NCBI RefSeq assembly: GCF_006345805.1
Contig: NC_042997.1
Span: 192,448,001-192,512,000, forward strand
Direction: 5' to 3'
Source of the DNA: Octopus sinensis
Taxonomy: Eukaryota
Length of the DNA stretch: 64,000 nucleotides
In this document: positions 1-12,289 of the stretch, piece after piece
Position numbering within the stretch: position 1 is the stretch's first letter
Layout of the letters: every line of letters starts with the position of its first letter
Program-made: the position numbers and the translations under genes
Notes under the pieces: generated by a model
What the model was told of the DNA's origin: nothing
Database searches by the model: none
What the model saw: only the letters and a program-made list of their open reading frames with translations

Positions 1-659
1 GTCTACCAAATCCACTCACAAGGCTTTGGTCGGCCCGAAGCTATAGTAGAAGACACTTGCTCAAGGTGCCTTGCAGTGGGACTGAACCCAGAACCATGTG
101 GTTGGCAAGCAAGCTACTTACCACACAGCCACTCCTGTGCCTATGTGAACTTTTTTATAATTCTGAGATTATTTTGAAACAAATGAGAAACTGGTTTAAT
201 TAAATTAACAGCACAACCCCCCCAAGTTTTTTTTTTTAACATATATATTTTATAACAGTAATAAATTGTGTGTGTATATTTCTTTTAACTTTCCTGTCAT
301 GAATTTATATTCCTAGTCTTGTTTGTTTTTAGTATAGGAAACAATATAAGCATTGTTTATTTAGTAATATAAACAACTGCTGTTAAGAAACAAGGATGTA
401 TGGAGTGACTGATAGGCATTTTCATGCATTTAATGTAAGGCAAGTTGATTAGAAGAAAATAGTTAAGAATTACTTTGGGTGCAGTGGTCAGTTTAGGATC
501 ACTGACCTAAAAATTGATTTTTCTGTTGCATTGTTAGGTTCTTAGAAAATGCCCTTAACTCATTTCTCAACAAACCTTTCTCATTTCACAGTTGAATGGT
601 TTGTGTTAGATGGCCAACAACTTGTAGAAATCATGCTTATCAACAAAAATAATGTAAAC

Positions 660-1140
660 ATCTGCATCCATACATACATGCACATCCATGCATGCATGTG
701 CACGCACATCCATGCATGCACATGCACGCACATACATAAATACATGCACGCACGCACACACATCCATCCATACAGGAATGCACGCATGTACACACATCCA
801 TACAGGAATGCATGCATGTACACACACACACATCCATACGGGCATGGGACACACACACACACACACACACACACATCCATACAGGCATGGCACACACACA
901 CATCCATACGGGCTTGGCACACACGCACATCCATACGGGCTTGGCACACACACACATCCATACGGGCATGGGACCACACACACACACACACCACACACAC
1001 ATCCATACGGGCATGGGACACACACACACACATCCATACAGGCATGGCACACACACACATCCATACGGGCTTGGCACACACACACATCCATACGGGCTTG
1101 GCACACACGCACACATGCATACATGCACACATAGATGCAT
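660..1140. repeat. Minisatellite of about 22-26 nt, unit (CA)n-TCCATACGGGC(A/T)TGG, grading from a CATG/CA microsatellite
   Basis: Directly visible tandem units; accounts for all His/Thr- and Cys/Val-rich ORFs at 549-1304. Confidence 0.95.
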
Positions 1141-1149
1141 ACACTTACT

Positions 1150-1510
1150 GTTGATAGGCCAGTTACTGTGGTATTTATTCTGAAATAACACGTCATATGG
1201 ATGTTGTGTCTAAAGCACAATAATTCTTGCAGAGATGAATGTTCATCCCAGTTGCAGCTATTGAAAGTTCCAGATGCATTTTGCATTTTAGGATCCCTTT
1301 TCAATAATGCATATTCTCAACCAACTGCATCCTTGAATGCAAATCTGGCACCAATGATATTGAAAACTATGTATAAAGCATTCACTTATGTTGCAAATAA
1401 CTGCACATTTGAATAAAATTAGGTGCCACTGAAAAGGCCCCAAAATGCAAAAATGTGTCTGCCATTCTTACTAGCTGCTTCTGCAACCTTTCATCTGATA
1501 TTTTTGGCAG
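1150..1510 (-). mobile_element. Possible decayed DNA-transposon (Chapaev/CMC-like) transposase fragment
   Basis: Stop-interrupted frame LPKISDERLQKQ...QLVENMHY*KGILKCKMHL resembles, from memory, FPKLSxAKLKEG...LVENML...MSLKxHFL. Confidence 0.3.
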
Positions 1511-2775
1511 GAAAAATACTGCAGTTAAAGGCCCATCAGTGATGTATATATATTAAATATGATACATAGATGGCTATTTTAGATTTAATATTTCCTCAAT
1601 TGCATATACCAGATTCATGTAAAAGCTTTTTTGTATTTATCTGTTGGCTATTGTTTATAAGCCATCTTCAAGTAAGATAAATTAAACTGTCAGTTTTGGT
1701 TGCTATTTGTTATATCAATGATTATATACAACCATTTCTTAGAGCAGTATTAACTTCCAGTCAACAACTTCCTATAATTTGCAGTCTCTTTAATTATAAC
1801 TTATTTCACTTCACCACATTGTTCTATTGTGCTGTTTATTACAAAGAGGAGAATATTTCACTTTTAATGAGTAATTACAAGTGTTTGTATAATGTTCTAT
1901 TGTATGACACACTTCACAAATGGATATTTTAGATAAGTGGTTCCATCACTGCTTGTAGCTGTAAAGCCTAACACTTGTTCTACTAAAATGCGTTAACTAA
2001 TTCTGTGTTTAAAGTGTGTATGACATTTTGATTCTGTGTGCATATAGGCTCAGGCATATTGTGTGGTAACAAGCTTGTCTCCCAATCGCATGGTTCCCGG
2101 TTCAGTCTCACCGTGTGGCACCCTCGGACAAGTGTCTCCTACTGAAGCCTAGGGCCAGCAAAAGCCTTGTGAGTGGATTTGGTCGATGGAAACTGAAAGA
2201 AGCATGTTGTATTTGTGTGTGTGTTTGTCCTCCACTACCACTTGCAATTAGTGTTGATGTGTTTATGTTCCTGTAACTTAGCAGTTTGACAAGAGACTGA
2301 TAGAATAAGTACTAGGCTTAAAAATAAGTATTGAGGTTGATTTGTTCAAAGTGGTGCCCCAGCATGGCCACAGTCTAAATCCTGAAACAAGTAAAAGATA
2401 AAAGATCTGTATGATGTACATCCTGATTTTTAGAATACAATGCATTGCATTCATGTATGTTGAAAGAGGAAACTGAAGTGGAAGGACATTTAGCCTCAAA
2501 ATATCCTGTTCAACTCGCACACATCCACACACAAGTAGCTTCTTTCAGTTTCTGTCCTTTGATTAGCCTGAGGCTTTAGAAGAGGACACCTTCCCAAGGT
2601 ACCACACAGTGGGACTGAACCTGGAATCATGTGATTGGGAAGCAAGCTTCTTACCATTCAGCCATACCTGCACTTATAATATAGTAAAATTTACTTTATT
2701 TTTTTTATTTTCAAAACTGAGGCTTCATTCCATCATTGTTCTAAAGGGTATTTTTATATGGTTAATGTGTATTAA

Positions 2776-3074
2776 GTGGAGGCGCAATGGCCCAGTGGTT
2801 AGGGCAGCAGACTCGTGGTCAGAGGATTGCGGTTTCAATTCCCAGACCGGGCATTGTGTGTATTTATTGAGTGAAAACACCTAAAAGCTCCACAAGGCTC
2901 CGACAGGGGGTGATGGTGACCCCTGTTGTACTCTTTCGCCACAATTTTCTCTCACTCTCTCTTCCTATTTCTTGAGTAACGCTGCAATGGACTGGCGTCC
3001 TGTCCAGCTGGGGGGAACATATACGCCATGAGCCTGGCTAGGCTTGAATAGGGCGACATTTATCGTTTATAGTT
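2776..3074 (+). mobile_element. SINE family C (tRNA-derived head GGAGGCGCAATGGCCCAGTGGTTAGGGCAGC..), with 14-bp TSD
   Basis: TSD TTAATGTGTATTAA at 2762-2775 / 3075-3088. Other copies: 26081-26378(+), 30039-30344(-, TSD AATGGGGTATAT), 56003-56364(-, TSD TATCTGTTGCTGTTT). Confidence 0.9.
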
Positions 3075-3190
3075 TTAATGTGTATTAAACTTCAGACAAC
3101 GGCTTAGTAATTCTGTGTACTCTATTTAAATATATCTAGGTTGAAGTAATTTGTGTGACTGCAAGTTACTTATGCAAGCTGTGTAGCACC

Positions 3191-3234
<44 letters not shown>

Positions 3235-3330
3235 TGTATTTACTTGTGTATTAGTCATACTATTTTATGCATGACTTTCACTTGAGTGAGGTTTATATTC
3301 AGGGCAAAGGTAAAACTATGAAGAGGAAAA

Positions 3331-3635
3331 AAGTTTGTACTAAGATTTAGCATTGCATTGGAGGACTTATGCATGAGTCAATGCAGCATGTATATGAGGA
3401 GAGAGAGAGAGATATAGTGATGCAGATAAACACAATTAGGCTTGATATATATATATATATATAAATATACATACATATACATGTGTATATGCATATATAG
3501 TAATATATGTATATATCAAGCCAAATCATATTTATCTGCATCACTATATCTCTCTCTCTCTCCTCATATACATGCTGCATTGACTCATGCATAAGTCCCC
3601 CCCTCCAATGCAATGCTAAATCTAAGTACAAACTT
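3331..3635. repeat. Foldback (long inverted repeat), arms of about 120 bp
   Basis: 3331-3451 is the reverse complement of about 3510-3635; 3364-3430 is a perfect 67-bp match; AT-microsatellite spacer. Confidence 0.95.
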
Positions 3636-4879
3636 ATAAGCTCACCTGGATTTCTCTTACTGCCCCTCTTTACTCTGATCCTAATCCTCAATAAAGACTT
3701 TGGAGTTTACATTCAAATCATTTGAGCTCTACATGTTTTCTGTATTGAGCATCTCTAGATCTCTCCTTTTGTGTGTGTGTATGTGTGTGTTGACCATACA
3801 TCTGTACATGTATATGCAAGCCTAGGTGTTTTTTTTTTCTTTGTAAGAAGTTACCCATACATGAAAAGCTCCCCTATCTATGACATGTTTATCCATGGGA
3901 AAGGCTACCGATATGGGCTAATGTAGCTTGATACCAGTGTTATCATAAGTGCTGCGCTATCAGAACAGATACCAGGAAGCCTCTTACACATCCCTCGAAA
4001 AGTTCTGCCAATCCGCTGTCTGAAATTGGTGCTTTTATCAGTGCCAAAAGGATGAACTGCAAAGTTGGCTTCAAGATTTGAACTCAGAAAGCAGAAAGAT
4101 GTATCAAATTCTGTAAGGCATTCTATCCCACACTCTTAGGATTGTGCCATATATGACCTTACGGTTGCGTCGTACACAGCCTGACAGCTGCACCGTACAC
4201 GACCTGAAGGCTGTACATGACACTGTTGTTGTGGATATCCATTTCCTAAACGTAAGTTACAGTAATCCTTGAGTAATCAATAAAAAATAAAGTATTATAA
4301 TTAATTAGTAATTCATTATACTTACAAAATACTTTATAAGTACTTCATAAAACCTGGAAGTTAATCAATCTCCCCACCTTTGTTTTTTTGTTTTTTTTTT
4401 CATTAGTTACTCTGCAATTTAACCTAGTTTTTTTCATTTGATGTGTTTAATGAGATAAGCCCAGGCACAGTTATGTAGTTGAGAAGTTCACTTCGCAACC
4501 AAGTGATTTTCAAGTTCAGTCCTAATTGGTGGCACCTTGGGCAAGATTCTTCTATTTATATAGCTCTCTGTCAACCAAAACCTGTGAGTGGATTTCATTG
4601 ATGGAAACTGAAGAAGCTGTCGTATAAATAGCAACAGAAGCAGTATTAATACCTAAAGACAATATTTATCTCGATCTTAACTTGGATATTGTGATAGAAC
4701 ACAGAATACTGCATTATTTTACCTTGAGAGGGCCTCACATAAAAACACTCATATTTACATTGATGGACAAGAACTGTCTTCTCTGGCCTCTGGAACTGCC
4801 AGATCATGTGGTTTTGCCCTGCTTTGGGTTTCTTAGTGACAGATATCCATTAGCAGCATAACAGCCAAATCTCCCATAT

Positions 4880-4955
<76 letters not shown>

Positions 4956-5670
4956 ATCATCATCATCATTGTTTAACGTCTGTTTTCCATGCTAGCATGG
5001 GTTGGCCGGTTCAACCGGGGTCTGGGAAGCCAGGAGGCTGCTCCAGTCTAGCAGTGTTTCTACAGCTTGATGCCTTCCCTAACGAGTGTAGTGGGTGCTT
5101 TTTATGTGCTGCCGGCACAGGGGCCACAGGGGGCTGGCAAACAACCACGATCGGTTGGCGCTTTTTATGTAAGATATATATATACACACACACACATATA
5201 GAAAGAAGTCGAATAAAACTCATCAATTTAGTTAAAAATGGAGAAGACAAGTTGTCAAAATATATAAGAGAATTTTAATTCATGCAGACAATCATTCATG
5301 GTAAATTTTGCTTTCACTTCCTGCACTGAAGATTACATTCATATATATATAATTAAATTAATTTAATCTAATTCAATTCAATCATGAATTTTTATATCTC
5401 TGTACGAAATGATCGTCTGCATGAATTAAAATCGAAATTCTCTTGTATATTTTAATAACTTGCCTTCTCCATTTTTAATTGAGTTTTTTATTGGACTTCT
5501 TTCCATAAATTCACCACACATAATATACAAGTATTACTTCCATATCTTTGCAAATTTACGCCTGTAAACTACCAGCAAAATATGAAGAATCAACATTAGA
5601 AATCTTTTTTGGAAACCTCCAGATTAAAGGACGAATTTACATTCAACCTTTTTACACGCACACGCACATA

Positions 5671-5826
5671 TATTTACATGAAGTTGAATATATGTCCGGT
5701 CATAGTGACCAATGGTTTCGCATCCCTTGGTCATTAGTCCAATGAGTCATCTATAAAGCTAAGTGCTTTATAGATGCATGACCATTGCTCATTATGACCG
5801 GACATATATTTAACTTCATGTAGATA
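5671..5826. repeat. Short foldback / MITE-like element with internal ATAAAG-N7-CTTTAT hairpin
   Basis: Arms TACATGAAGTTGAATATATGTCCGGTCATA.. / ..TATGACCGGACATATATTTAACTTCATGTA; inner CATCTATAAAG-ctaagtg-CTTTATAGATG. Confidence 0.85.
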
Positions 5827-5848
5827 CATTACTGCTCTCTAATCTTCG

Positions 5849-7061
5849 CACGCACGCTGGAAGTAAATAAACACCTTTAATTTTCGAAAATCTTTTATTT
5901 AATACACAAAGCGAACAACTGAAATGTAATCAATAGGTAGGACTACATACTTCTGTATTTACTTGACGTTTCCTTTGCAGTTTTTGATTTAGAAACTCTT
6001 TTTGGCATTGAACTGATGAGCTTTGCGATTGTCTCTTGTGGAATTTCTGCTCACTTTTCACACAACTATCGAAACAATTCATCTTTAGATTTAGGTTTCT
6101 GTCGAGTTTTTCGTATAGCTCTATCTAGTATGCTCCAAAGATTTTCAACTGGGTTCATGTCAGGAGATTGGCTTGGCCAAGGAAGCTTTTTGATCCCATT
6201 TTCAGTCAGCCATTGTTGATTCCTTTTCGTTCCATGAATAAAAACTCATTTTCCATTATGTTATTGTGCGAATACATCGGAAGTTGTCCTTAATTATTTC
6301 GATGTATTTTTCAGAGTTTATGGATCCAACACATTCGATCAGCTCAGAACAACCATTGCTGGTGGCAGCTCCCCATACCATTACAGAGAAACTGCCATGT
6401 TTCACAGTTGGTTGGAGTCGTTTCAAATCAAATTCTTGATTGGGAAGCCTTCAGACCCAAATATGTCCACTATCTGAAAATAATGCAAATCTGGTTTCAT
6501 CTGAGAAAATCACTCTATCCCAAAATAAACTGGATTTTTCTGACATCTCCTTAGCCTATTCCTTTCTTCTAGCTGCTCATCCATAATAGCCAAGCTTATG
6601 CAGATATGTAACACACGTTCTTGGACTAACTTCTAGCTGTTTTGCAATGTCAGAAGCCTTCGAACAGGGTTCATTTTCCACAATTCTCTTCAAACAGTGA
6701 AGCTTCCTTTCCAAAGGCCCAGGTCGGCCGGGACAAAAGTCTGTTGATTCTTTTCTTTGGCTTTTGAATTGCACTATAATTCTGTTAACAGTAGCAAGAG
6801 GAATTTGAAGATTTTTGGTAATTTTTCACTAGCTAAGAATAGCCTCAGATTGCCCAACAATACGACCTCTTTGAAAATCTGAGAGTACTGCTGAATTGTT
6901 TGTGCATGGCATGGTTAGTCTTCGCAGATGTTTAATATAATGGCACCTAGAATGAAAAAGAATTACATTGTAAATTCTACACCACTGAAAACATTAAGAC
7001 ACTTGAATCAGAAATTTTGAAAATTAAAGGTGTCTATTTACTTCCTGCATGTCTGTGTGTA
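5849..7061 (-). mobile_element. Tc1-family (DD34E type) DNA transposon, near full length, inactivated
   Basis: TIRs GGAAGTAAATA(A/G)ACACCTTTAATTTTC at about 5859-5885 and 7017-7044. Transposase from ATG 6912 with [34 protein letters not shown] and WPSQSPDMNPVENLW; multiple stops and frameshifts. Confidence 0.92.
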
Positions 7062-7384
7062 TATATAACGTGTTTGTGTGTGTGTTTCACTCATGTTCAC
7101 TGGTTTGTAAACAGCTTTCTGCTAGTGCCATTGGCTTGCAGTACATTATGAAAGGATATCTGGTCTTCTTAACATGTCTTAATATGTTGTATGATCCTTG
7201 TAAACAAAATACTCCTTAAACAGTGTAGTTTGTTTTCAGTTAGCAACATAAAGCATATCCAGTCTATTAGCATATCCAGTCATTTGGCTGGTGACAGAAA
7301 GTGCATCCAGTTGTAGAAAAGCTCTGGCTCAACAATGACTTGCAGGCATTGGGAAAGCACAGGCATATGGTGTAGTGGTTAAGA

Positions 7385-7616
7385 AGGCGGCAAGCTGGCA
7401 GAAACGTTAGCACGCCAGGCGAAATGCGTAGCCGTATTTCGTCTGTCGTTATGCTGTGAGTTCAAATTCCGCCGAGGTCAACTTTGCCTTTCATCCTTTC
7501 GGGGTCGATAAATTAAGTACCAGTTACGCACTGGGGTCGATGGAATCGACTTAATACCTATGTCTGTCCTTGTTTGTCCCATCTATGTTTAGCCCCTTGT
7601 GGGTAATAAAGAAATA
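7385..7616 (+). mobile_element. SINE family B (AAGGCGGTGAGCTGGCAGAA.. head; GAGGTCRACTTTGCCTTTCATCCTTTCGGGGTCGATAAA core), young copy with 16-bp TSD
   Basis: TSD GGTGTAGTGGTTAAGA at 7369-7384 and 7617-7632. Other copies at about 14330-14495(-), 14790-15000, 21580-21800, 38585-38770, 40695-40805, 41190-41400, 50985-51535 (three), 54858-55440 (three). The core resembles the Nin/Deu-type SINE domain from memory. Confidence 0.9.
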
Positions 7617-7749
7617 GGTGTAGTGGTTAAGAGTGCTAGCTACTAAACCCAAGATTCTGAGTTTGATTCCAAGCAGTGACCTTAATAATAATAATAATAA
7701 CAGCAAAAAATATCTTAGGAATGAGAATCCAGGTTCAAAATTTCCCCCA

Positions 7750-7794
7750 AACACCTGATGAAGGCCTAGGGTATATCAGCCGAAACATTGTGTT
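7750..7794 (+). ncRNA. Minimal type-I hammerhead-like motif (canonical CUGAUGA core; helix III damaged)
   Basis: AACAC-CTGATGA-A-GGCcTagggtatatcAGCC-GAAAC-ATT-GTGTT; helix I AACAC/GTGTT. Confidence 0.7.
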
Positions 7795-8936
7795 AACAAC
7801 AAACAAGATGAGGACAAATATTTGTCAAATGTAAATAATGTATTGGAAAAGCAGATGTTAGAATGTTTGCATGGGCAGTTAGACTAAATGATTACACATG
7901 GAGATTATCAGTTAGAGAAAGCTTACCCATTTAGTTTTGTGCTTCTAAATATTCAATCAAAAATGTTGACTGGATAACATCCACTTCCACGTTTGTTTAG
8001 GCCAAAAAATATTTTGTTCTGAAGACGAGGAAAAAAAAACTAAATCCAGAAAAAACTCGATCATCTAGTTTCCAGTAATGATTTGCTGTTTAGACTCAGT
8101 ATATGTAGTAATTGAAAGCTTGATTGCATAATTTCCTAATTTATATTTTTGTAAATGAGCAGAGTTTGTGTTTTAGTGTTGTTAATTATTGTTTGGTTCC
8201 TTAACATTTTGCCTACCATTTTAGCTCATTTTGTGCCATATTTTCTTATGCACCAACAATCTAATTGTTATAAATTATGCCTTTTTTAAAAGTGCTTTTT
8301 TTTTTTCGAACCATATATATATTCTAGTTCATTATAGAAACCACCACATTGATTTACAGCATGGGTATGACAAATGATTCCTGTGCTACACAATGAATAT
8401 TATATTCATTTAGTACCACAAGAGTCACTAATGATACATCATCATTTAACATCTGTTTTTTTCCATGCTGGTATAGGTTGCACAATTAAACAGGAGCTGG
8501 CAAGGCCGGGAGCAACACTAGGCTCCAATTATCTGTTTTGGCATGGTTTCTACAGTTTGATGCCCTTCCTAACGCTAACCGCTTTACAGTGTACTGGGTG
8601 CTTTTTATGTTGAACCAGCACCAGTACTTTTTATGTTACTGGCACCGGTGCTTTGTCATGGCACCAGCACTGTTAAAATATCTATTATACTTCTGTTTAT
8701 AGATTTTTCTTTGCATTCATTTTTTTCTACAAGTTATATTTCAGATTATATCATATAAGCTTTAACGGTTTCATGAAGTATATTTGCCACTTAAATGTGG
8801 CTAACCCCTAAGGGTGGATGCTACTGTGGCTTGTAGCCCCAGGAGGACACCTCTTCCAGCTAGCTACAGACACACTTTCTGTGCCCTATCAGTATTTGCA
8901 AAGGGAAACCATCCTTCCCGTCTTCAACTTATGATA

Positions 8937-8981
8937 CACATGGACTCGAGTTTCTGGGTATTGACCTGTCATCAGCGTGTG
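8937..8981 (-). ncRNA. Minimal type-I hammerhead-like motif (canonical core, GUC site)
   Basis: CACACG-CTGATGA-CAGGTcaatACCCA-GAAAC-TCGA-GTC-CATGTG; palindromic helix III ACTCGAGT; the helix I/II mismatches are CG>CA changes. Confidence 0.75.
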
Positions 8982-10985
8982 ACAATCACGAGTTGTCGAT
9001 GAAAAGTAGGCTTCCCTTTGCAAATATATATCCTTTTTCCAGTGACGAAAAGTCACATATTGAAAAAGTGTAAACAAGCAATAATAAATCTCTGAGCGAG
9101 GTATAATGGTTTCTTTTGTACAAAAGGTTATTTTAACAAGGACAATGTTTTCAGTGATGGCAATAACAGTAACTCACATCCTTCTTACCTGGTCCCATCT
9201 CAGCTTTTTTTTATATTCAAATTGAAAAGCATCTGAGAAACACAAAGAAATGTGTCCTGTATACTTCCCAAAATTTGAATTTTATAGTTTGAACCACAGT
9301 AATGAGGGGCACGATAAAAAAGACAAAATATCACTCCTGAGCATCACAGTATATTAAGAACATAACATGGGCATCACTGGTGATGGCCATGTTAGGCAAA
9401 GTGCTAAACTCTGTAGTAACTTCCTCACTTCTGGTGCACGTCACCCCTGCTCTTTCCCCTTTTTCTGACATGCTGCTTCTACTGTTGCATTAATTTACCA
9501 TATTCTGGTGCCCCACCTCTGCATTATTATTTGTTACATCATCCTGTTACTCAAGTAAAATAGGATTAAAATCTTCTTACATGATGTAGTTAGTTAATCA
9601 TATTATTAATTAACATAAAATGTTCAGTATCTCGACAGTGATCTTTTCAGGCCTTGTTGCTCTAGTTTCTCTTTCTATTTTCTTGCTCATTTGTCTTTGC
9701 CTCTCTTTTGCCAGCTCAGCTGGAGTTTATGAATGGGACGTCTTATTTTTGTTTTCGTTTTTTAATGTAATTCCCTGCTCTTTTTTTCCCCTGTCTATAA
9801 TGTAATTGCTTATATATGTTTTCTTTACCAGTATCATATCAATGTTTTGTCTATATAATATAAACCTTAATTCCAGCTACATAATGTCCAATTGTCTTGC
9901 CTTCTATTGAAGTACGCATCCTTTAAGAATTAGTAAATAGAAGCTAGTGATCATGGGATGGGGGAGGTTCTTTTCGCTCCCACAGCTTTCTCCTGCTGTT
10001 AAATAGCTTTCTTGTATCTTTTATTTTCAAAGCTTAGAGATACGTATGAAGGCACATCAAGTCAATCAAGGAGTTTCTACAGTTACTCAATCTGTTAGAA
10101 CTAGCAGCTAAATCTTTTCAAATCACACTCACTGCTTTAGAAAAGGGCACATTGGATAATGTGGTTCCTGAAACACTCTGGCCAAAGAGGAGGCATTGGT
10201 GAAGGTGGGGCTAGAATGCCTTTGATCTTTGACCTATTTGATTAGATTTGATCTAGAGCTTCGTAACTATTACAGATACCCATCTTTTCATCTCGGATTA
10301 CTTTTACTTGTCTCATCTAATATATAACATATATAGGCATATGTTTGACTATTATATAATCTTTGTTTTACATCCAGATAATCTTCATGGTTCCAACCTT
10401 TTTCACAGCCTCCAACAGCATACAAGGATACAATTGTGTTAAAAATTAAAAAGTGCCAACACAACTACTTTTGAATAAACATGTTTATGAAATCCTGTAC
10501 AATATACTTAAACATATTTAATCTTGGTTTGAAAATACTCTGTAAACAGGTCACCAAATTTTCAGTATTTAAGAGGGAGGGAGGGAGTGGCTGGCATGTG
10601 TTCCATCTTCTCAAGGCTCATTCGTGGTCACTCACCTCAACTCTCAGCTACGGAAGTTACAAAGAATAGAATCTTGTGCAAAACATAAGATGTTACTGGT
10701 GCAATGTCCTTTATGTATTTCAAATCTGGCAGACAAGATTTATAAATAAATACATCAGCCCAAATGAATGTTTATCAAACATTCCTTACATGATCTCAAG
10801 CGCATGTGTATTCAAAACAACTCTCTACTGGTGTTTTTGTTTATAAGACCTTGGTAATTTAGATGCTGAGAATTGAGGTAAGTAACTCCATTTGGAGTCT
10901 CGAGAATACAAAACACATATCAGCTGATTCTCCATTCTTAACTACTTAAGATCCTGTGACTTGCTTGAAGAATGTTTTCACCAGA

Positions 10986-11047
<62 letters not shown>

Positions 11048-11146
11048 ATATATATATGGGTAGAATTCACAATAAAACAAAACACGAAGACAGGTGGTGT
11101 AGACAAGAAACAGATGTATTAGTATAATGCTCAGAAAGTGAAAAAG

Positions 11147-11184
11147 TCTTTAATGTTTCGAGCCTACGCTCTTCCACAGAAAGA
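11147..11184 (-). ncRNA. Hammerhead-like motif with non-canonical core (A6 to U)
   Basis: TCTTT-CTGTGGA-A-GAGCgtagGCTC-GAAAC-ATT-AAAGA; helices I and II pair perfectly. Confidence 0.5.
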
Positions 11185-12289
11185 AACAAAACAAGAACAG
11201 AAAATAAAGAATGTGTTATAAAGAATGGGGTTGATCTGCTAACTAAAACCTTTGTAGGTGGTGCCTCAAGTTTGGCTGACTGTGGCCAGTAACTGAAACC
11301 AGTAAAAGAACATTCCAGTGAATGCTTAATTGAAGAAAATATCCCAAAATTGGTTATTTTATCAATTTTTTCACTACCTGGAACCATTTTGCTTGATATC
11401 CATTCTTCATTCTTAACAGCATATCAATATAGAACGGTTAGAAATATACATGAAATAGCCAAAATTGTCTGAGTTTGAAATATATCATCATTTGCATTTA
11501 ATGCTGGTGCTCCATACTGGTATGGGTTAGATGGTTTGACTGGGACAGGTAAACTGGAGAGGTGCACCAGGCTCCAATTGTCTGTTTTGGCTTGTTTTCT
11601 ATGCCTGGACGCCCTTCCTAGCACCAACCACTCTGCAGAGTGTACTGGGTGGTTTTTACATGTCACCAATACTGTTTCAGAGTTTCCCCTGTTTAGCTTT
11701 AACCCCATAACATTGGTTGACGTAAATTTACACACGCTATGTAATCGCTTTGAATCGGATGATGAAAATATATGCAGCCCTATCTGCTGCGGTTTTGTAC
11801 CTGTTTGTGTACTAGCAGATATAAATATCTGCTACCACCCACAGAATTGATAATAGAGACCAGTGTGTAAATTTCAAGAAATCTGAAGGTTTGTCAGCCT
11901 CTTAATGTAAATATTCCCAACTCAGCTCGAGACTTCATCACCATAATAGTATAAAATCAGCAATTTTGGTGGTTACCCCACCATTTCCACTATGACTGCC
12001 TATAACATTCGTACATGTTCAGCAAATTCTTCTGGTCCTTCACAGAATTTAGTTGCATCCAGCTATGCCAGTTTCATTGAATTTACGGTCCTCAATGATG
12101 AGCATTTACATATATAAACAGTGCATGCTTTAATGCGGTTGATGTAAATATATGCTGAACCATTGTGCTCTAATTGCTTGATCTTGGCCGAGATGATTAC
12201 CATCAGTGCAACTTGGTTGCCTGATAAAAAAACCATTGTCATGGGGTTAAGATATTGATGTCACTTCATCTTTAGAAGATTGATGAGAT

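Noticed and set aside
549-1304. Six overlapping 120-230 aa His/Thr- or Cys/Val-rich ORFs
   Set aside because: Translations of a stop-free minisatellite on both strands; not metallothionein or His-rich genes
10863-10877. 15-nt microexon candidate MLRIE before GLAKQ (ag..GAG|gtaagt)
   Set aside because: Resembles KRLE|GLSKQ only weakly; poor acceptor, and the 30-nt version has an in-frame TAG; could be chance
11700-12280. Coding-looking stretch, possible transposase
   Set aside because: No frame gave a motif I could assign
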